A stretch of 64,000 bases of DNA from an uncultured archaeon (GCA_964558645.1 CAZLEV010000014.1:8773-72772); one strand, 5' to 3'. Numbered from the stretch's first letter, positions 39,506-50,500 are shown. A program made the numbers and translations. The notes: generated by a model from the sequence alone, not told the origin.

Positions 39506-40462
39506 CTAACGTTTAGTGGCCCTACTCGGCAATGCACGCATGTAATAGGATGAGCCCCCATATTCGAGTTCCACAAGCTGGCCATCATCAATCAGACTAT
39601 GAATAATGGTCCAGTCGGACTCGGACTTGGCCAGCAGTTCTCGAACCGCATCTATACGCATTGGATGGACTGAGGTGATGCTGAGCAGGTCCTCTCTGGG
39701 GTCTCCAGTTGAAGCAAACTCATTTCCTTCGTAGCCGATAAGGTGTTCTACACGGTCGGTTCCAAGCTCATCAGCAAAACTCTGGAAAGCTTGGTTTATC
39801 ACTGACTCCGCGGGCGGGAACACTCCGTCCTCTGCAGGGGGCCTCGTGGGAATCGCAACATACGCTCTATCGATGCCCAGTTCACTCAAGAAACGTGCAG
39901 TCTTCCCGAACTCTCCCTTGTAATCAACCGTATTGACCAGCATTGTCTCCGAGAGTATCTTACCTTCGTACTCTTCACAGAACCTGCGGATTCCGTCCAT
40001 TACTCTTTCAGGGGCCAAGGAGCCATGAGGCCTGTTGACACGATGCCAGAGTCTGGAAGTCACAGCGTCAACTTTGATCGAAACAAGGTCCATATGATTT
40101 AGACGAGCTCGCACATCAGCATCCCAGAGAAGTGATGCATTAGTCAGAATTGCAAGGGGAATCTTGAAGTCCTTCAGCAAAGCAGCAGTATCTCCCAGAT
40201 TCGAATCGAGAGTTGGCTCACCATCAGGGACGAATGTGAGATAGTCAATTCTCTCATTGTTTTTCTTGGCATTGCTGACTTGCTGCGTCACTTTATCCAA
40301 AATCCGTTCAGGAGAGTAGAACGATCTCTGCTGTACCGTCAGATCAGTGGTTCGCCCCAGCTGACAGTAGGTGCATGAGTAGGAACAGGACTTCGCGCTG
40401 ATGTTGTTTATTCCAAGACTTCGTCCTAGACGCCTTGAGGGAACAGGACCGTAAGCGATCAT
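39506..40462 (-). CDS. Radical SAM protein (COG0731, TYW1-related)
   Basis: YGPVPSRRLGRSLGIN, CSYSCTYC, DGEPTL, TNASL. Confidence 0.9.
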   Translation of the reverse strand: MIAYGPVPSRRLGRSLGINNISAKSCSYSCTYCQLGRTTDLTVQQRSFYSPERILDKVTQQVSNAKKNNERIDYLTFVPDGEPTLDSNLGDTAALLKDFKIPLAILTNASLLWDADVRARLNHMDLVSIKVDAVTSRLWHRVNRPHGSLAPERVMDGIRRFCEEYEGKILSETMLVNTVDYKGEFGKTARFLSELGIDRAYVAIPTRPPAEDGVFPPAESVINQAFQSFADELGTDRVEHLIGYEGNEFASTGDPREDLLSITSVHPMRIDAVRELLAKSESDWTIIHSLIDDGQLVELEYGGSSYYMRALPSRATKR

Positions 40463-40543
40463 TGATGACCATTATCCAACCCTGGTATATCACTGAGAAC
40501 GTATCAATATTGTGTATTGACACAAAACTACACTGCCAGGATC

Positions 40544-41710
40544 CTATGGGGCCTGCAGAATAGATACCACCATATTGTTGCCAAATCCGCCGATGTTATG
40601 CGTCAGACCCACAGTGGGGGAGTCCACTTGGAGACCCTTGGGGGCCCTATCCTGCAGTTGCAGAACGATATCTCGAATCTGGGCCACGCCGGTTGCCCCC
40701 GTTGGATGCCCACGTGCCTTGAGACCTCCAGTAGGATTTACAGGCATGTCACCTGAAACCTCGGTCTTGCCATCCTTGACAGCGTCGATAGCATGTCCCC
40801 GGTCCACTATACCTATGTCCTCCATATCAATGAGTTCTAGTATAGAGAAGGCATCATGAAGCTCACATACATCTATGGAAGCAGGCTCAAGACTTGCCAT
40901 GTCAAATGCTCGTTGCGCGGCTACTACTGTAGCGTTCATCGAAGTTAATGACATCCTGTGCTGGATCGAGTGATAGTCCGTGGCATGTCCGATACCCAAT
41001 ACTCTCACAGCTAGGTCCTTGAGGTCAAGCTGTCTGACAAGACGCTCAGAGGACAGCACGACAGCAGCTGATCCATCACTTGTCGGGCAGCAGTCATATA
41101 GCGTCAGCGGATCAGCAACGAGTCGCGCACCGTTCACCTTCTCCACCGAGACCTCTTTCTGGAAGTGAGCGAGAGGATTCTTCGCACCGTTCCTGTGCGC
41201 CTTGACCGGCACAAGAGAGAGTTCCTCCCTTGTTAGACGATAGTCGTGCATGTACCTTCTGGTGACAAGAGCGGCTAATGCTGCAGGTGTACCTCCGTAT
41301 CGAATCTCATTCTCGTAAGACATCATCTTGGCAAGTATACCTGATGCCTCTGCTCGACCAACCTGAGACATCTTCTCGACACCAATGATAACGGCGGACT
41401 CAGACATACCAGAAGCTATGGATGCAAAACCTGCCTCGAATGCGCTAGACCCAGAGGAGGGGCCGCTCTCAACACGTGTTGCTGCAGCAGGTACGATGCC
41501 GATATGGTCTGCAAGAAGCGTGGATAGATGGCCAATCTGTGTAAACTCATCGGGATTCTGGGTTCCCACAAACAGCCTGTCGTAAAGAACGTCCTCTGCC
41601 TTAGCATCTTGGATGGCCTCAAAAGTAGCCGAAAGCGCGAGCTCAAGGATTGACTCCTTCAGCACTCCGAATGGAGTCATGCCAACCCCAATCACGTAGA
41701 CCGGTTCCAT
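40544..41710 (-). CDS. Thiolase-family protein lacking the canonical N-terminal Cys
   Basis: IGVGMTPFG, ELHDAF, GHPTGATG, HNIGG; RVESGPSSG in place of VENACASG. Confidence 0.9.
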   Translation of the reverse strand: MEPVYVIGVGMTPFGVLKESILELALSATFEAIQDAKAEDVLYDRLFVGTQNPDEFTQIGHLSTLLADHIGIVPAAATRVESGPSSGSSAFEAGFASIASGMSESAVIIGVEKMSQVGRAEASGILAKMMSYENEIRYGGTPAALAALVTRRYMHDYRLTREELSLVPVKAHRNGAKNPLAHFQKEVSVEKVNGARLVADPLTLYDCCPTSDGSAAVVLSSERLVRQLDLKDLAVRVLGIGHATDYHSIQHRMSLTSMNATVVAAQRAFDMASLEPASIDVCELHDAFSILELIDMEDIGIVDRGHAIDAVKDGKTEVSGDMPVNPTGGLKARGHPTGATGVAQIRDIVLQLQDRAPKGLQVDSPTVGLTHNIGGFGNNMVVSILQAP

Positions 41711-41725
41711 CGGGACGTACCTCCG

Positions 41726-42259
41726 TCACTCAATCAATATGACTAGGTCATTGGGAGTGACAGATGAACCCTCTTGAACGTTCACGTCCTTCACTACGCC
41801 ATCCTTCGTGGCCTTGAGCTCATTGAACATCTTCATTGCCTCAAGAATGCACAACGTGTCGCCACTACTCACCTCGTCCCCCACCGAGACATGGACTTCA
41901 GTGATCTTCCCCGGCATAGGTGGATAGACTCCGCCAGGCACCCTATCTGCCCCGTTAGCGCCGGTGGATAGTGTATCAGCCGTGGGTGTACTTGCCTTTC
42001 TCACGCGGGTAAATTCAACTGCTCGTTTTGTCCCATCGAACTCAAGATCGTAGCTATGTCCCGAACGGTTCAAGAGTCTGACCTCATGTTTCGAGTCGCG
42101 TTCGTTGACTGTCCATGCCTCACCGTCGTCAGGTGGTTGAGTGGTGAAGGTGAAGCTCTGGTCTCCGACCTTGACTACCAAGACCCCACCCTCGTCGAGC
42201 CTCTGGATGCTTACTTCAAGGTCCTTGCCGTCGATGCTAACGTTGTACTGCTGTGACAT
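41726..42259 (-). CDS. Biotin carboxyl carrier protein
   Basis: PMPGKI...LEAMKMFNE biotinylation motif; ATG at 42259 (MSQQY). Confidence 0.9.
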   Translation of the reverse strand: MSQQYNVSIDGKDLEVSIQRLDEGGVLVVKVGDQSFTFTTQPPDDGEAWTVNERDSKHEVRLLNRSGHSYDLEFDGTKRAVEFTRVRKASTPTADTLSTGANGADRVPGGVYPPMPGKITEVHVSVGDEVSSGDTLCILEAMKMFNELKATKDGVVKDVNVQEGSSVTPNDLVILIE

Positions 42260-42272
42260 CTCCTCGTTCCTC

Positions 42273-43790
42273 CTACATTCCGCCCCGCATAAGCTCCATT
42301 CGCCCAGCCATGGTCCATGCTGAACTACTCCGCCCCCAGCGTCCAACGCTGTAACCTTGCTGGTCATGAATACCTGCAGAAGCAATCTGCTGTTTCATAT
42401 GAAGAACAGCCGAGATGATGGCCGCTTCGTGCTCCAGAGTCATCTCTCCTCTGAGCTTCCTCTCCGCCTTGCGTTTCAGGAAATCAAGTGCATATTGTGG
42501 GAATAATGCATAGCTCACAAGGTCACGTTCCTCATGAGGGATGTCCTTTAGAGCCTCCCTTGCCTTGGGGAGCTCTGGCTCAAGTAAATCAGCAGGTCTG
42601 CAATCGAGGGGTTCTTCATCACCAATTGCCTTCTTCTTGACTTCGGGGTCAATCTCAGCTGGCGGGCGACCGTAGTAACCTCTGATGTACTGCTTGACCT
42701 CGTGAGGAATCATCTGATAGCGTTCTCCTGTGATGACATTGAGAGTAGCTTGAGTTCCCACAATCTGGCTTGACGGGGTCACCAGTGGAGGGTAACCGAG
42801 TTCTGCACGGACTCTAGGAACCTCCTTCAGTACCTCATCATATTTATCGAGTGCACCCTGTTCCCTCAATTGATTGTCTAGATTCGAGAGCATACCCCCT
42901 GGAATCTGAAATCGCAGAACCTGAGGATTCACGCCCTTGAGGCTTCCTTCAAAACCAGTGTACTTACCACGAATCTCCCGGAAATAATCCGCAATCTCAG
43001 CAAGCAGAGCCACATCCAGACCTGTATCTCGCGGCGTGTTTTTCAAGGCCTCAACGATAGACTCCGTTGCAGGTTGGGAAGTAGCAAGTGAGAGTGAGGA
43101 GATTGCACAGTCCACAACATCCACGCCAGCCTCGGCCCCCTTCATGTAGGCCATCGACGCCATCCCACTGGTGTAGTGAGAATGGAGCTGAACTGGAAGT
43201 CCAACATCGTCCTTCAGCATCTTCACGAGGTCATATGCCGCACTCGGAGAGATCAAACCCGCCATGTCTTTGATGCAGATTGAGTCTGCTCCCAGAGATG
43301 CCAGTTCAGCAGACTTCTCAGCGAACTTCTCAAGTGTGTGCACTGGACTGAGAGTATAACTAATACTGGCTTGAACATGAGCACCCTCATTCTTCACACA
43401 CTTGATTGCGTGTTTCATGTTCCGGATGTCATTCAGGGCGTCAAAGATTCGGAAGACATCGATACCGCCCTCTGCAGCATGATGCACAAAGGCCTCAACA
43501 ACGTCATCGGCATAGTGACGGTAACCCACCACGTTCTGAGCTCTTAATAACATCTGTAGACGGGTCTTTGGAAGGGCTTCGCGCAGAGCCTCAAGCCGCT
43601 CCCAAGGGTTCTCATCCAGAAAACGCATCATGGAATCGAAGGTGGCGCCTCCGAACATCTCGAGGGACCAGTAACCCACCTGATCAAGCTTCTCACAGAT
43701 TGGCAGCATATGTTCTGTCTTCATTCTTGTCGCGAGAAGAGACTGGTGTGCATCTCTGAGGACTGTGTCTGTAATCTGCAGCCTTGTCAT
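42273..43790 (-). CDS. Pyruvate/oxaloacetate carboxyltransferase (PycB/OadA/transcarboxylase 5S family)
   Basis: LRDAHQSLLATRM, GGATFD, IKDMAG, HSHYTSG, IPGGMLSNL, LVTPSSQIVG. Confidence 0.95.
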   Translation of the reverse strand: MTRLQITDTVLRDAHQSLLATRMKTEHMLPICEKLDQVGYWSLEMFGGATFDSMMRFLDENPWERLEALREALPKTRLQMLLRAQNVVGYRHYADDVVEAFVHHAAEGGIDVFRIFDALNDIRNMKHAIKCVKNEGAHVQASISYTLSPVHTLEKFAEKSAELASLGADSICIKDMAGLISPSAAYDLVKMLKDDVGLPVQLHSHYTSGMASMAYMKGAEAGVDVVDCAISSLSLATSQPATESIVEALKNTPRDTGLDVALLAEIADYFREIRGKYTGFEGSLKGVNPQVLRFQIPGGMLSNLDNQLREQGALDKYDEVLKEVPRVRAELGYPPLVTPSSQIVGTQATLNVITGERYQMIPHEVKQYIRGYYGRPPAEIDPEVKKKAIGDEEPLDCRPADLLEPELPKAREALKDIPHEERDLVSYALFPQYALDFLKRKAERKLRGEMTLEHEAAIISAVLHMKQQIASAGIHDQQGYSVGRWGRSSSAWTMAGRMELMRGGM

Positions 43791-43873
43791 TGTGACCCGC
43801 GGGTCATGTCACATCTTGCAATATAATAGCATCTGTCTATGATACACAAGCATCTCTCCTAGCAAAGAGGCTC

Positions 43874-44146
43874 TTACTCGAACTTTCCCCAGTGCTTTGT
43901 GATATCGAAATACAGCACAATCTCTGTTCCATCTGCAAGGCTGATATCCATCTGGTCGATCCAGCGATCATCGATATTCAGTAACGTCTGCCGCACCAGA
44001 TTCCAGTCAGTGCCTTTCACTCCATACTTTCGGGAGAGATAGGAGTACTCAGCCTCGATGGCCTCCGTGTGACCAATCACGTTAGATATGACTATGGGGT
44101 CGTCTGTTGATGACCCATGTCCCTCGTATTTCACCATCGCAAACAC
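43874..44146 (-). CDS. Small hypothetical protein
   Basis: Protein-like composition; G.GSS.DDPIVI, EY.YL and YFDIT look like family motifs. Confidence 0.65.
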   Translation of the reverse strand: MFAMVKYEGHGSSTDDPIVISNVIGHTEAIEAEYSYLSRKYGVKGTDWNLVRQTLLNIDDRWIDQMDISLADGTEIVLYFDITKHWGKFE

Positions 44147-44323
44147 CTAATCGCGCCTTGTAACTTGACTATTTGGAGTCTATTACGATAGATTCTCAGA
44201 AGCATTGAAACCGGACTAGCTTTGGCAAATCCATGTACCACCTTGTCGTGTGGGCATCTACTGCAATATCGCTGGCACGAGGATAGAGGTTCTGGTCTTG
44301 AAGAAAGAAAAAAGAGAGGAGAA

Positions 44324-44349
44324 CTCGAACCCCTGAGATGGGGCTCGAG
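44324..44349 (-). terminator. Putative terminator hairpin
   Basis: CTCGAGCCCC-ATCTCA-GGGGTTCGAG on the minus strand, followed by a T-rich run. Confidence 0.55.
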
Positions 44350-44363
44350 CACAGAATGTGAAA

Positions 44364-45152
44364 CTATCTACGCTTGATGACCCAGAAGATTGCCACAACC
44401 GCCACAATGCCGATTGCGAGCAACAGAAGTCCACCACCGTCACCAGGAACTAGAGAACCTTCTGCCAGATTCGTGTACGCCACGTACACAGGATCCTGTT
44501 GAACTCTCAGACCGTTCCAGTCCGGAAAGGTCACCGAGTACCACCATTGACTGCTATGGAATGCAGTCTGTGCGTTGGTAACAAGATGCTGTGGACTATT
44601 GTAGGTATTCCTGACCTGAGCAGATAGGCCATAGGCCATGTGAGCGAAGAGGAATGCAGACAGGGGTGCTTGCCATGCTATGAGCAGGAAGTCCCCAGGA
44701 TTCGTAGCCAGCAGAGCATTCAGAGCATTGACTCCCTGCAAGACTGTGATTCCGCTTGTTTCGTTTATCAGGTCGTATTCTCTACCTAGACCGATGTCGA
44801 AGGCACGCTCCTGATCATCACCAATCGTTATGGTCAGGTTGTCATCCAGCAATTCCGTGCTGGTCGGAGGAGTAATCTTGTTTCCACTTGAGCTGCGGGT
44901 CACGTTGTAGTTGCTCTCAAAGGTCGAGAGATAGTGAACCGCACTTATCGCCATGCTCTCGCTAATGACCTCCGAGGGGTCCTTGTCCTGAAAACCCATC
45001 CGAACGCGATTTACCTGTCCTATGGTATAGACGGTCTCAGCGTGTACCTCGCCCGTTGTCTGATCAATCTGGATGTCATATTCAATGACTATCTCGCTGA
45101 ACAGCACAGTCATGAACGGGAACAGAAGGCTGAGCCAGAAGCCACCCTGGGC
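44364..45152 (-). pseudogene. 3' remnant of a C-terminally anchored surface protein, truncated next to the TnpB element
   Basis: C-terminal TM plus KRR but no signal peptide; frame stays open upstream of the ATG (AQGGFWLSLLFPF) up to a TGA about 25 nt beyond the tnpB stop. Confidence 0.65.
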
Positions 45153-47470
45153 TGAAACAACCGTTCATTGTAAGTTGGACAAGCTTGGACATCAAGCAGT
45201 CCGTCCAGGAGCGGCACTGGACTGGTGATTGTGCACGTGAATGATGTTTCGTGCCGCATTCACATCGGCATGGAAGTGCTCCTCACACCTCCCACAGTAG
45301 AAGTACTCCCCACCCCTTCTCTCCCTCGTGGAACTCTCATGCTCCACCCGGACTCCCCGCCCCCCACAGACATGGCAGGTCTGAGAGGTCCACGCCGGGC
45401 TCACCGTCCAGATCCCACCGTAGCGGTGGCCCAGAGTCTGCCGCATGTACCGTATGGTGTCCAGCACCTTGGACCAGAGATTGTTCGATAGCCGCCACGA
45501 GTGAGTGCCATAGCCCCTGGGCGGCTGGTAGTTTTTGAGGTTCTCCAGATACAGGGTCTTGACCCCGTGGCGCTCACAGAACCAGACGGCCTCTGACGCA
45601 ATCTGTCGGGCTATCTCCCTGTCCAGCCTGCGAATCTTGCGCCAGATGGCTGCAAGACGACGCTCCTTCTTCCTCAGATGCCCGGGCCTTGGACAGTCCT
45701 CCCCGTGCTTCTTCTCCCAGTTGTTCCGCATCAAGGCCACTCTCGATGACAACTGCCGGGTCTGCTGTCGGAGAAGATCCCTCTTCTCGACCAGCCCTTC
45801 AAGAGAGATGAGCTCATCGACATACTCTTCCTCACCATCTCTCACCGAGAGCACGATAGGCACACGGATTCCTCGGTCGGCACCGGCTCTCCTGTTGTAG
45901 TGCCGTTCACCCAGGACCGCATCTACCATCTCTCGAGTTGGCGGGAGGAAGGGGATCTGGAGTTCTACTCTGTGCTCACGAAGCAAGAGGCGAGGTGGGC
46001 CGCAGGTTCTGGACTTCCTGAGCTGCTGCACCTTCTCCTTCAGTTGTGCAAGCTGCTCAGGGTCCGCATCCTTTCGGTTTCTCCACTTCGCCAACTGGTA
46101 GGTAGTATGCTGGAGTTCGATGGTGTTCATGAGCTGTTCGTGTTGATCCTCGAACCGCACGGCCCGGAATCGCAGCTTCTTGGCTCGCAGGTGCTTCCCA
46201 GCTCGCTCTGCCTCATCGCCCTTCATCCGGTCCTTGACGGCAGCCCGTGGGAGCCAGTCCAGAAACCTGAGGCCAAGGGTTCTGACTCGGAAGGGCGAGG
46301 CATCATGCTCCGCTCCCTCCATCGCCTCTGGCAGCTTCAGGAAGAACAGCACCTCGTTCTCCTTCTCCAAGTCCTGTGAGTACCAGTAGCCCTGACCGGG
46401 AGAGTTCTCGGTGCTTGCTGAGAAGTCCTCGGTGTGGGAGTACATCCTCGGGACCTTGAAGGGATAGCCCTCCGTGGTGAACTGATGAAGGAGGGCCTGA
46501 ACGGAAGCCATGGCCTCTGAGCACTCCTTGTTATCTTTGACGTACCGTCGAACACGGCGCCGCTGCGATGGTCTGGAACCAAGGGGCTCTCCGCGTTCGC
46601 TCAGGATGTGCTCATCGAGAGCTCGACGAAGCTGCTTCAGAACAGAGAGGGCGTAGTAGTAGCCTGAACCATTGTTCTTCGTGCTCTCGCATCTGGAGCG
46701 CAGATCTTTTACCATGTCCGAGGGGATGTATTTGTTCTTCAGTAATCGCAGAAGAGTATCCTGTTCCTCATTGAGAAGTCCGATAGCTGTCTTCATGAGC
46801 TGACGCCGTAGCCAGTTGGACTGGATGATCCGAGCCGCCTGCTCCAGGACGTTCCGGTAGAGTCTCTCGAAGCACTGCTTGCTGATATCGGGATTGTCCT
46901 TGTATGCAAGATACTCCTCCTTCTTCAACAGGACATATCCCTGTCCTCGATAGGAGTTCAGCTCGTCTCCAAGGAAGTCAATCCGTTCACGGGAAGCATA
47001 CACACGCTCGAGAACGAGATTCACGAGCTCTACATACTTCTCGAAGTATCGACCCAGAAGAGAGAGGTCCACATCCCTGACCTTTCGCCCGGTAGCCGCC
47101 TCGATATCTTTTCGTACAGGTTCAGGACTCCAGCGGCGAAATCGAGGATCGGGTCGCTTCCCTTTCCCCTTCGTGTTCACCTCTCTATCTACCGAGCAGA
47201 GGGTGAACGACTGTACCAGATACTTCAGTCCCGTATTCTGATGCGCGGTTGATGGAAACAATATAAGTTTGCCATCCATTGTGAGATGCTTCTGGGAATC
47301 ATCAGACTCCTCTTGCTTCCGGGGACGGCGCCGGACTACCTTGGTCATCAATCGTGCACCTCTCTTCTGTCTGGGTCTGATAATATAATCTCATGAACCA
47401 ATATAAGTTTATCAAGACGAAAAGGCAATTAGAGCATTATGAAGCCTATTTCGCTTCTATAAGGCTCTCA
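45153..47470 (-). mobile_element. IS200/IS605-like (TnpB-only) element; boundaries approximate
   Basis: tnpB-like gene; candidate right end ...GGTTGTTTCA at 45153; imperfect hairpin at 47431-47468 upstream; no tnpA seen. Confidence 0.55.
45192..47351 (-). CDS. tnpB: Large TnpB/Cas12-like RNA-guided endonuclease (719 aa)
   Basis: RuvC-I GADRG (D492), RuvC-II LYLENL (E603), Zn finger TSQTCHVCG...CGRC, RuvC-III HADVNAARNI (D696). Confidence 0.9.
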   Translation of the reverse strand: MMTKVVRRRPRKQEESDDSQKHLTMDGKLILFPSTAHQNTGLKYLVQSFTLCSVDREVNTKGKGKRPDPRFRRWSPEPVRKDIEAATGRKVRDVDLSLLGRYFEKYVELVNLVLERVYASRERIDFLGDELNSYRGQGYVLLKKEEYLAYKDNPDISKQCFERLYRNVLEQAARIIQSNWLRRQLMKTAIGLLNEEQDTLLRLLKNKYIPSDMVKDLRSRCESTKNNGSGYYYALSVLKQLRRALDEHILSERGEPLGSRPSQRRRVRRYVKDNKECSEAMASVQALLHQFTTEGYPFKVPRMYSHTEDFSASTENSPGQGYWYSQDLEKENEVLFFLKLPEAMEGAEHDASPFRVRTLGLRFLDWLPRAAVKDRMKGDEAERAGKHLRAKKLRFRAVRFEDQHEQLMNTIELQHTTYQLAKWRNRKDADPEQLAQLKEKVQQLRKSRTCGPPRLLLREHRVELQIPFLPPTREMVDAVLGERHYNRRAGADRGIRVPIVLSVRDGEEEYVDELISLEGLVEKRDLLRQQTRQLSSRVALMRNNWEKKHGEDCPRPGHLRKKERRLAAIWRKIRRLDREIARQIASEAVWFCERHGVKTLYLENLKNYQPPRGYGTHSWRLSNNLWSKVLDTIRYMRQTLGHRYGGIWTVSPAWTSQTCHVCGGRGVRVEHESSTRERRGGEYFYCGRCEEHFHADVNAARNIIHVHNHQSSAAPGRTA

Positions 47471-47542
47471 TAACTCTTTTCTTTTCTCTGTTTGGTCACA
47501 GTCTATTTATAAGTAACTTTGACTTTAGACTCTAGAAGTATC

Positions 47543-50500
47543 ATGGGACGCAGACCGAGATTGCTTCGCCCGAATGCTGTGCTAGCGAGAGCGAAGCATG
47601 CTGGTCTCATGGCCCTTGTCAACCTCCTTGGCCCTAGAGCCAGTGGCGACCTCGTGAAGTACTACCGTTCAACAACAAAGATGTGGGATGCCGTTCGATC
47701 TGCTCTTCGGGCTCAGGGCGGAGAGCGAGAGGACTACCTGGTTCTTAACGACACGGAGCCAAACATGCGGAAGTCCTTTCTCCAGTTCCTGTGGCACAGC
47801 ACTGTACCCTACGGCAACAAGGAGTTCAAACGGGTCTACGACTGGACTGAGGGTACGGTGGGGCCGCTCAATGTCCTCTTGAACTACGCGGGAGCACGAC
47901 TAAGGGACCTGGCAATGACGCGGTATCCCTTTCCTGAACCACGGGTCTTCCAGATAGCAAGGTTCCCGGATGGCACGGTGAGGGTCTATTCTCTAGCCCT
48001 CGTCAACCGGCTGAAGGCAAAGGGTCTGTACCCACCAAGTGACTTCGGCAAGAACACCGAAACCTCCTGGAAGGCGGGCTACAGCGGGACAACAAAGACT
48101 CCACAGGTCTACCTTGCGCACCCCACTCTCCCAAGCCTTGATTTTGTCGATATGATACGCGCCCACGTTGTCGAGCTCTGCAGACAGTGCTTCATCTACA
48201 GTGTTCCTCGCACTGAGGCCCACCGCTACATCCGACTCCTGGTCTACCGGCTGCGACCCTTCCTCGACTGGGTCTACACTGAGAGGGCCACAGGCCGACC
48301 CAACTTCAACCGGGATGCCAACAGGGAACTCCGAGAGATCGTACTGGAGATCAGAGCGTTGTACGGACTTCATGCCGGGCAGAGACAGTCGATCACTCGG
48401 TCCCTAGATATACCATCGCCAATCACTCTTGGGGATATCCGTAAGGCGGTAAAATGTCTCCCGCAAAAGACGGTGGATGAGGGCGAGATGACACTCTATC
48501 AGAGCATGAAGGACCAGATCGATGCCGGGACTGTGGTGGAACGGGATGCCGACAAGCTCACTGACCAGCTCTCCTCATCGACTTCACAGGAGGGCAACCG
48601 CTGGCACAGGATCCTCCTCTCGGGCTTCCACCACCCTGCCTCACTGAAGCAGGTGGTCTTTGCCGGGGACACCATGTTGGACCAGCCCTCCTCCGTCTTG
48701 GCTGTCGCAGAGCTTCCCGTAGACTCACGACGGGGACAGGCTGACCTCGTGTTCTTCCTCCGCCGAGAGCTCGAGAAGCGGACCATCTGGACACCGATCA
48801 TGATTCTTGAGGTCAAGACCAAGAGTGCCTTCGATATCAACCTCTACGGTGTTGAGGTGGGGAGCAGAGAGGAGAACGAGTATGCGCCCGCCTTCTTTGC
48901 GTGGAAGAGGGCACTCACAGGGGGCGAGTGGAATGCATTGCTCACATCACCGCCGAAGAAGAGCACAAAAGGTCAGCTCGATGCGTACGAACAGGCCATC
49001 ATCAGGGAGTACAAGCGCACGGCGGACTTCGACCCGACACCGCCCACCTCTCTCTGGAAGGGGGTCATCGTCCTGGATGCTGACCAGATTCCCATTGATG
49101 CATACTCAGCATTTCAGACTCTCATCGAAAACCTGCTGGTGGAACTGACAGGTGACACTTTCCAGGCCCCACCAAAGACTATCTCACAGGTGCTTGATAC
49201 AGACAGTATCTTGCCTTCTCCCCGGGTGGCGCTGCTCCTTCTGCCAGACGCAGGCCCTGATAGAATCCTCTCTCAGAGAGCCCCTCCGGCAGAGTTGGTC
49301 TCCGAGGACCCCTTTGCGGATCGCATTACAGACGACCGCATACTCACAGTCTACGTGTCCGTTCCCTCCCCGACATCATCAGGTAAGACGTCCGCATGGC
49401 AGTCGTCCAACTGGCACCTTCTCCACCACATCAGAGAGTGCAGAGAGGCCTCATCGCAAGAGATAGGTGTGTTCTGGCTGGATCTCATGGGGGACTACCA
49501 GACGGCTCAGCTGGCCAATCTACGGTTTGGACTTGACAGACTCCTTGCCGAGAGGAAGATATCCCGGCAGGAACACGGCGAGCTGGTCGCCGAGGTGGAG
49601 GATATCTCCTTCGTTGACCTTCATGTTCACACAGAGAAACTCCTGCGGGGCGAGAACGATTCCATAGAGGGCATGCTAACCACTATCTGCAATGCTGTTG
49701 AAACCGAGGTCGAGAAGATCATCATCATCGATGGGTGGGACGAACTGAGTAAGATGGTTCCCAATCATTCTCGTCATCTCCTACGCGCCCTGGAAGTGCA
49801 GCTACTGGATACGCTCCCCTCGACAGACACGAACATCATCTGGATCGATACCGGGACCGAGGACACCCTGACCTCCGCAGACTGTCAGCGAGGATGCATC
49901 AAACCTCTCCGCCATGACTCTCCCCGCAGGACGCACCTCGACGAGGTGATCTATAACCTCCCGTCCCCTCCGCGCGTCTTCGGCAACCTGTCCCCCTGGC
50001 GTGAGGACATACGAGTCATTGTTCAGGACACCCCCACATCGGCACCCCCATGGAGAACCACCATCCACGTCCCTCACCTTTTGGGTGCAGCAGAGCGATT
50101 CCGGGGGGCCTCCTCGAGGCATGGTTCACTCTCACAGGATGATGTGGCAAGGTTGGAGGTGAACGACTCCAGGATGTACGCGCGGAACATCAACCTCTCC
50201 TCCATCCAGTCCGGGCTGGGGAACCTAACCATGGACACGCTCGACAACGTCATGGAACAGTCCTGCAGTCTGGTTCCGAGTCTATGCCGTGCGAGAGACG
50301 GCCAAGAACAGCAGCCGCAGGAGGCACTGGAGATTCCGCAGATACTGGTGCAGGGTATCAGCTCTGCCAGGGCAAGTACCCAGCGGCAACGCCTCCGGTT
50401 CCAACCGGCTCGACCGCCTCCAGACCCCGTACGCTCTAAGGACAGGTATGTGGAGTCTGGGAAGATCACACGGCGGTGGTTCTATGAACGGAACCCCACA

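Noticed and set aside
44310-44360. GGGGTTCGAGTTCTC on the minus strand resembles a tRNA T-arm or att site
   Set aside because: No acceptor, D or anticodon arms; better explained as one arm of a terminator hairpin
45000-47600. CRISPR array next to the Cas12-like gene
   Set aside because: No regularly spaced direct repeats and no cas1/cas2 seen in the window
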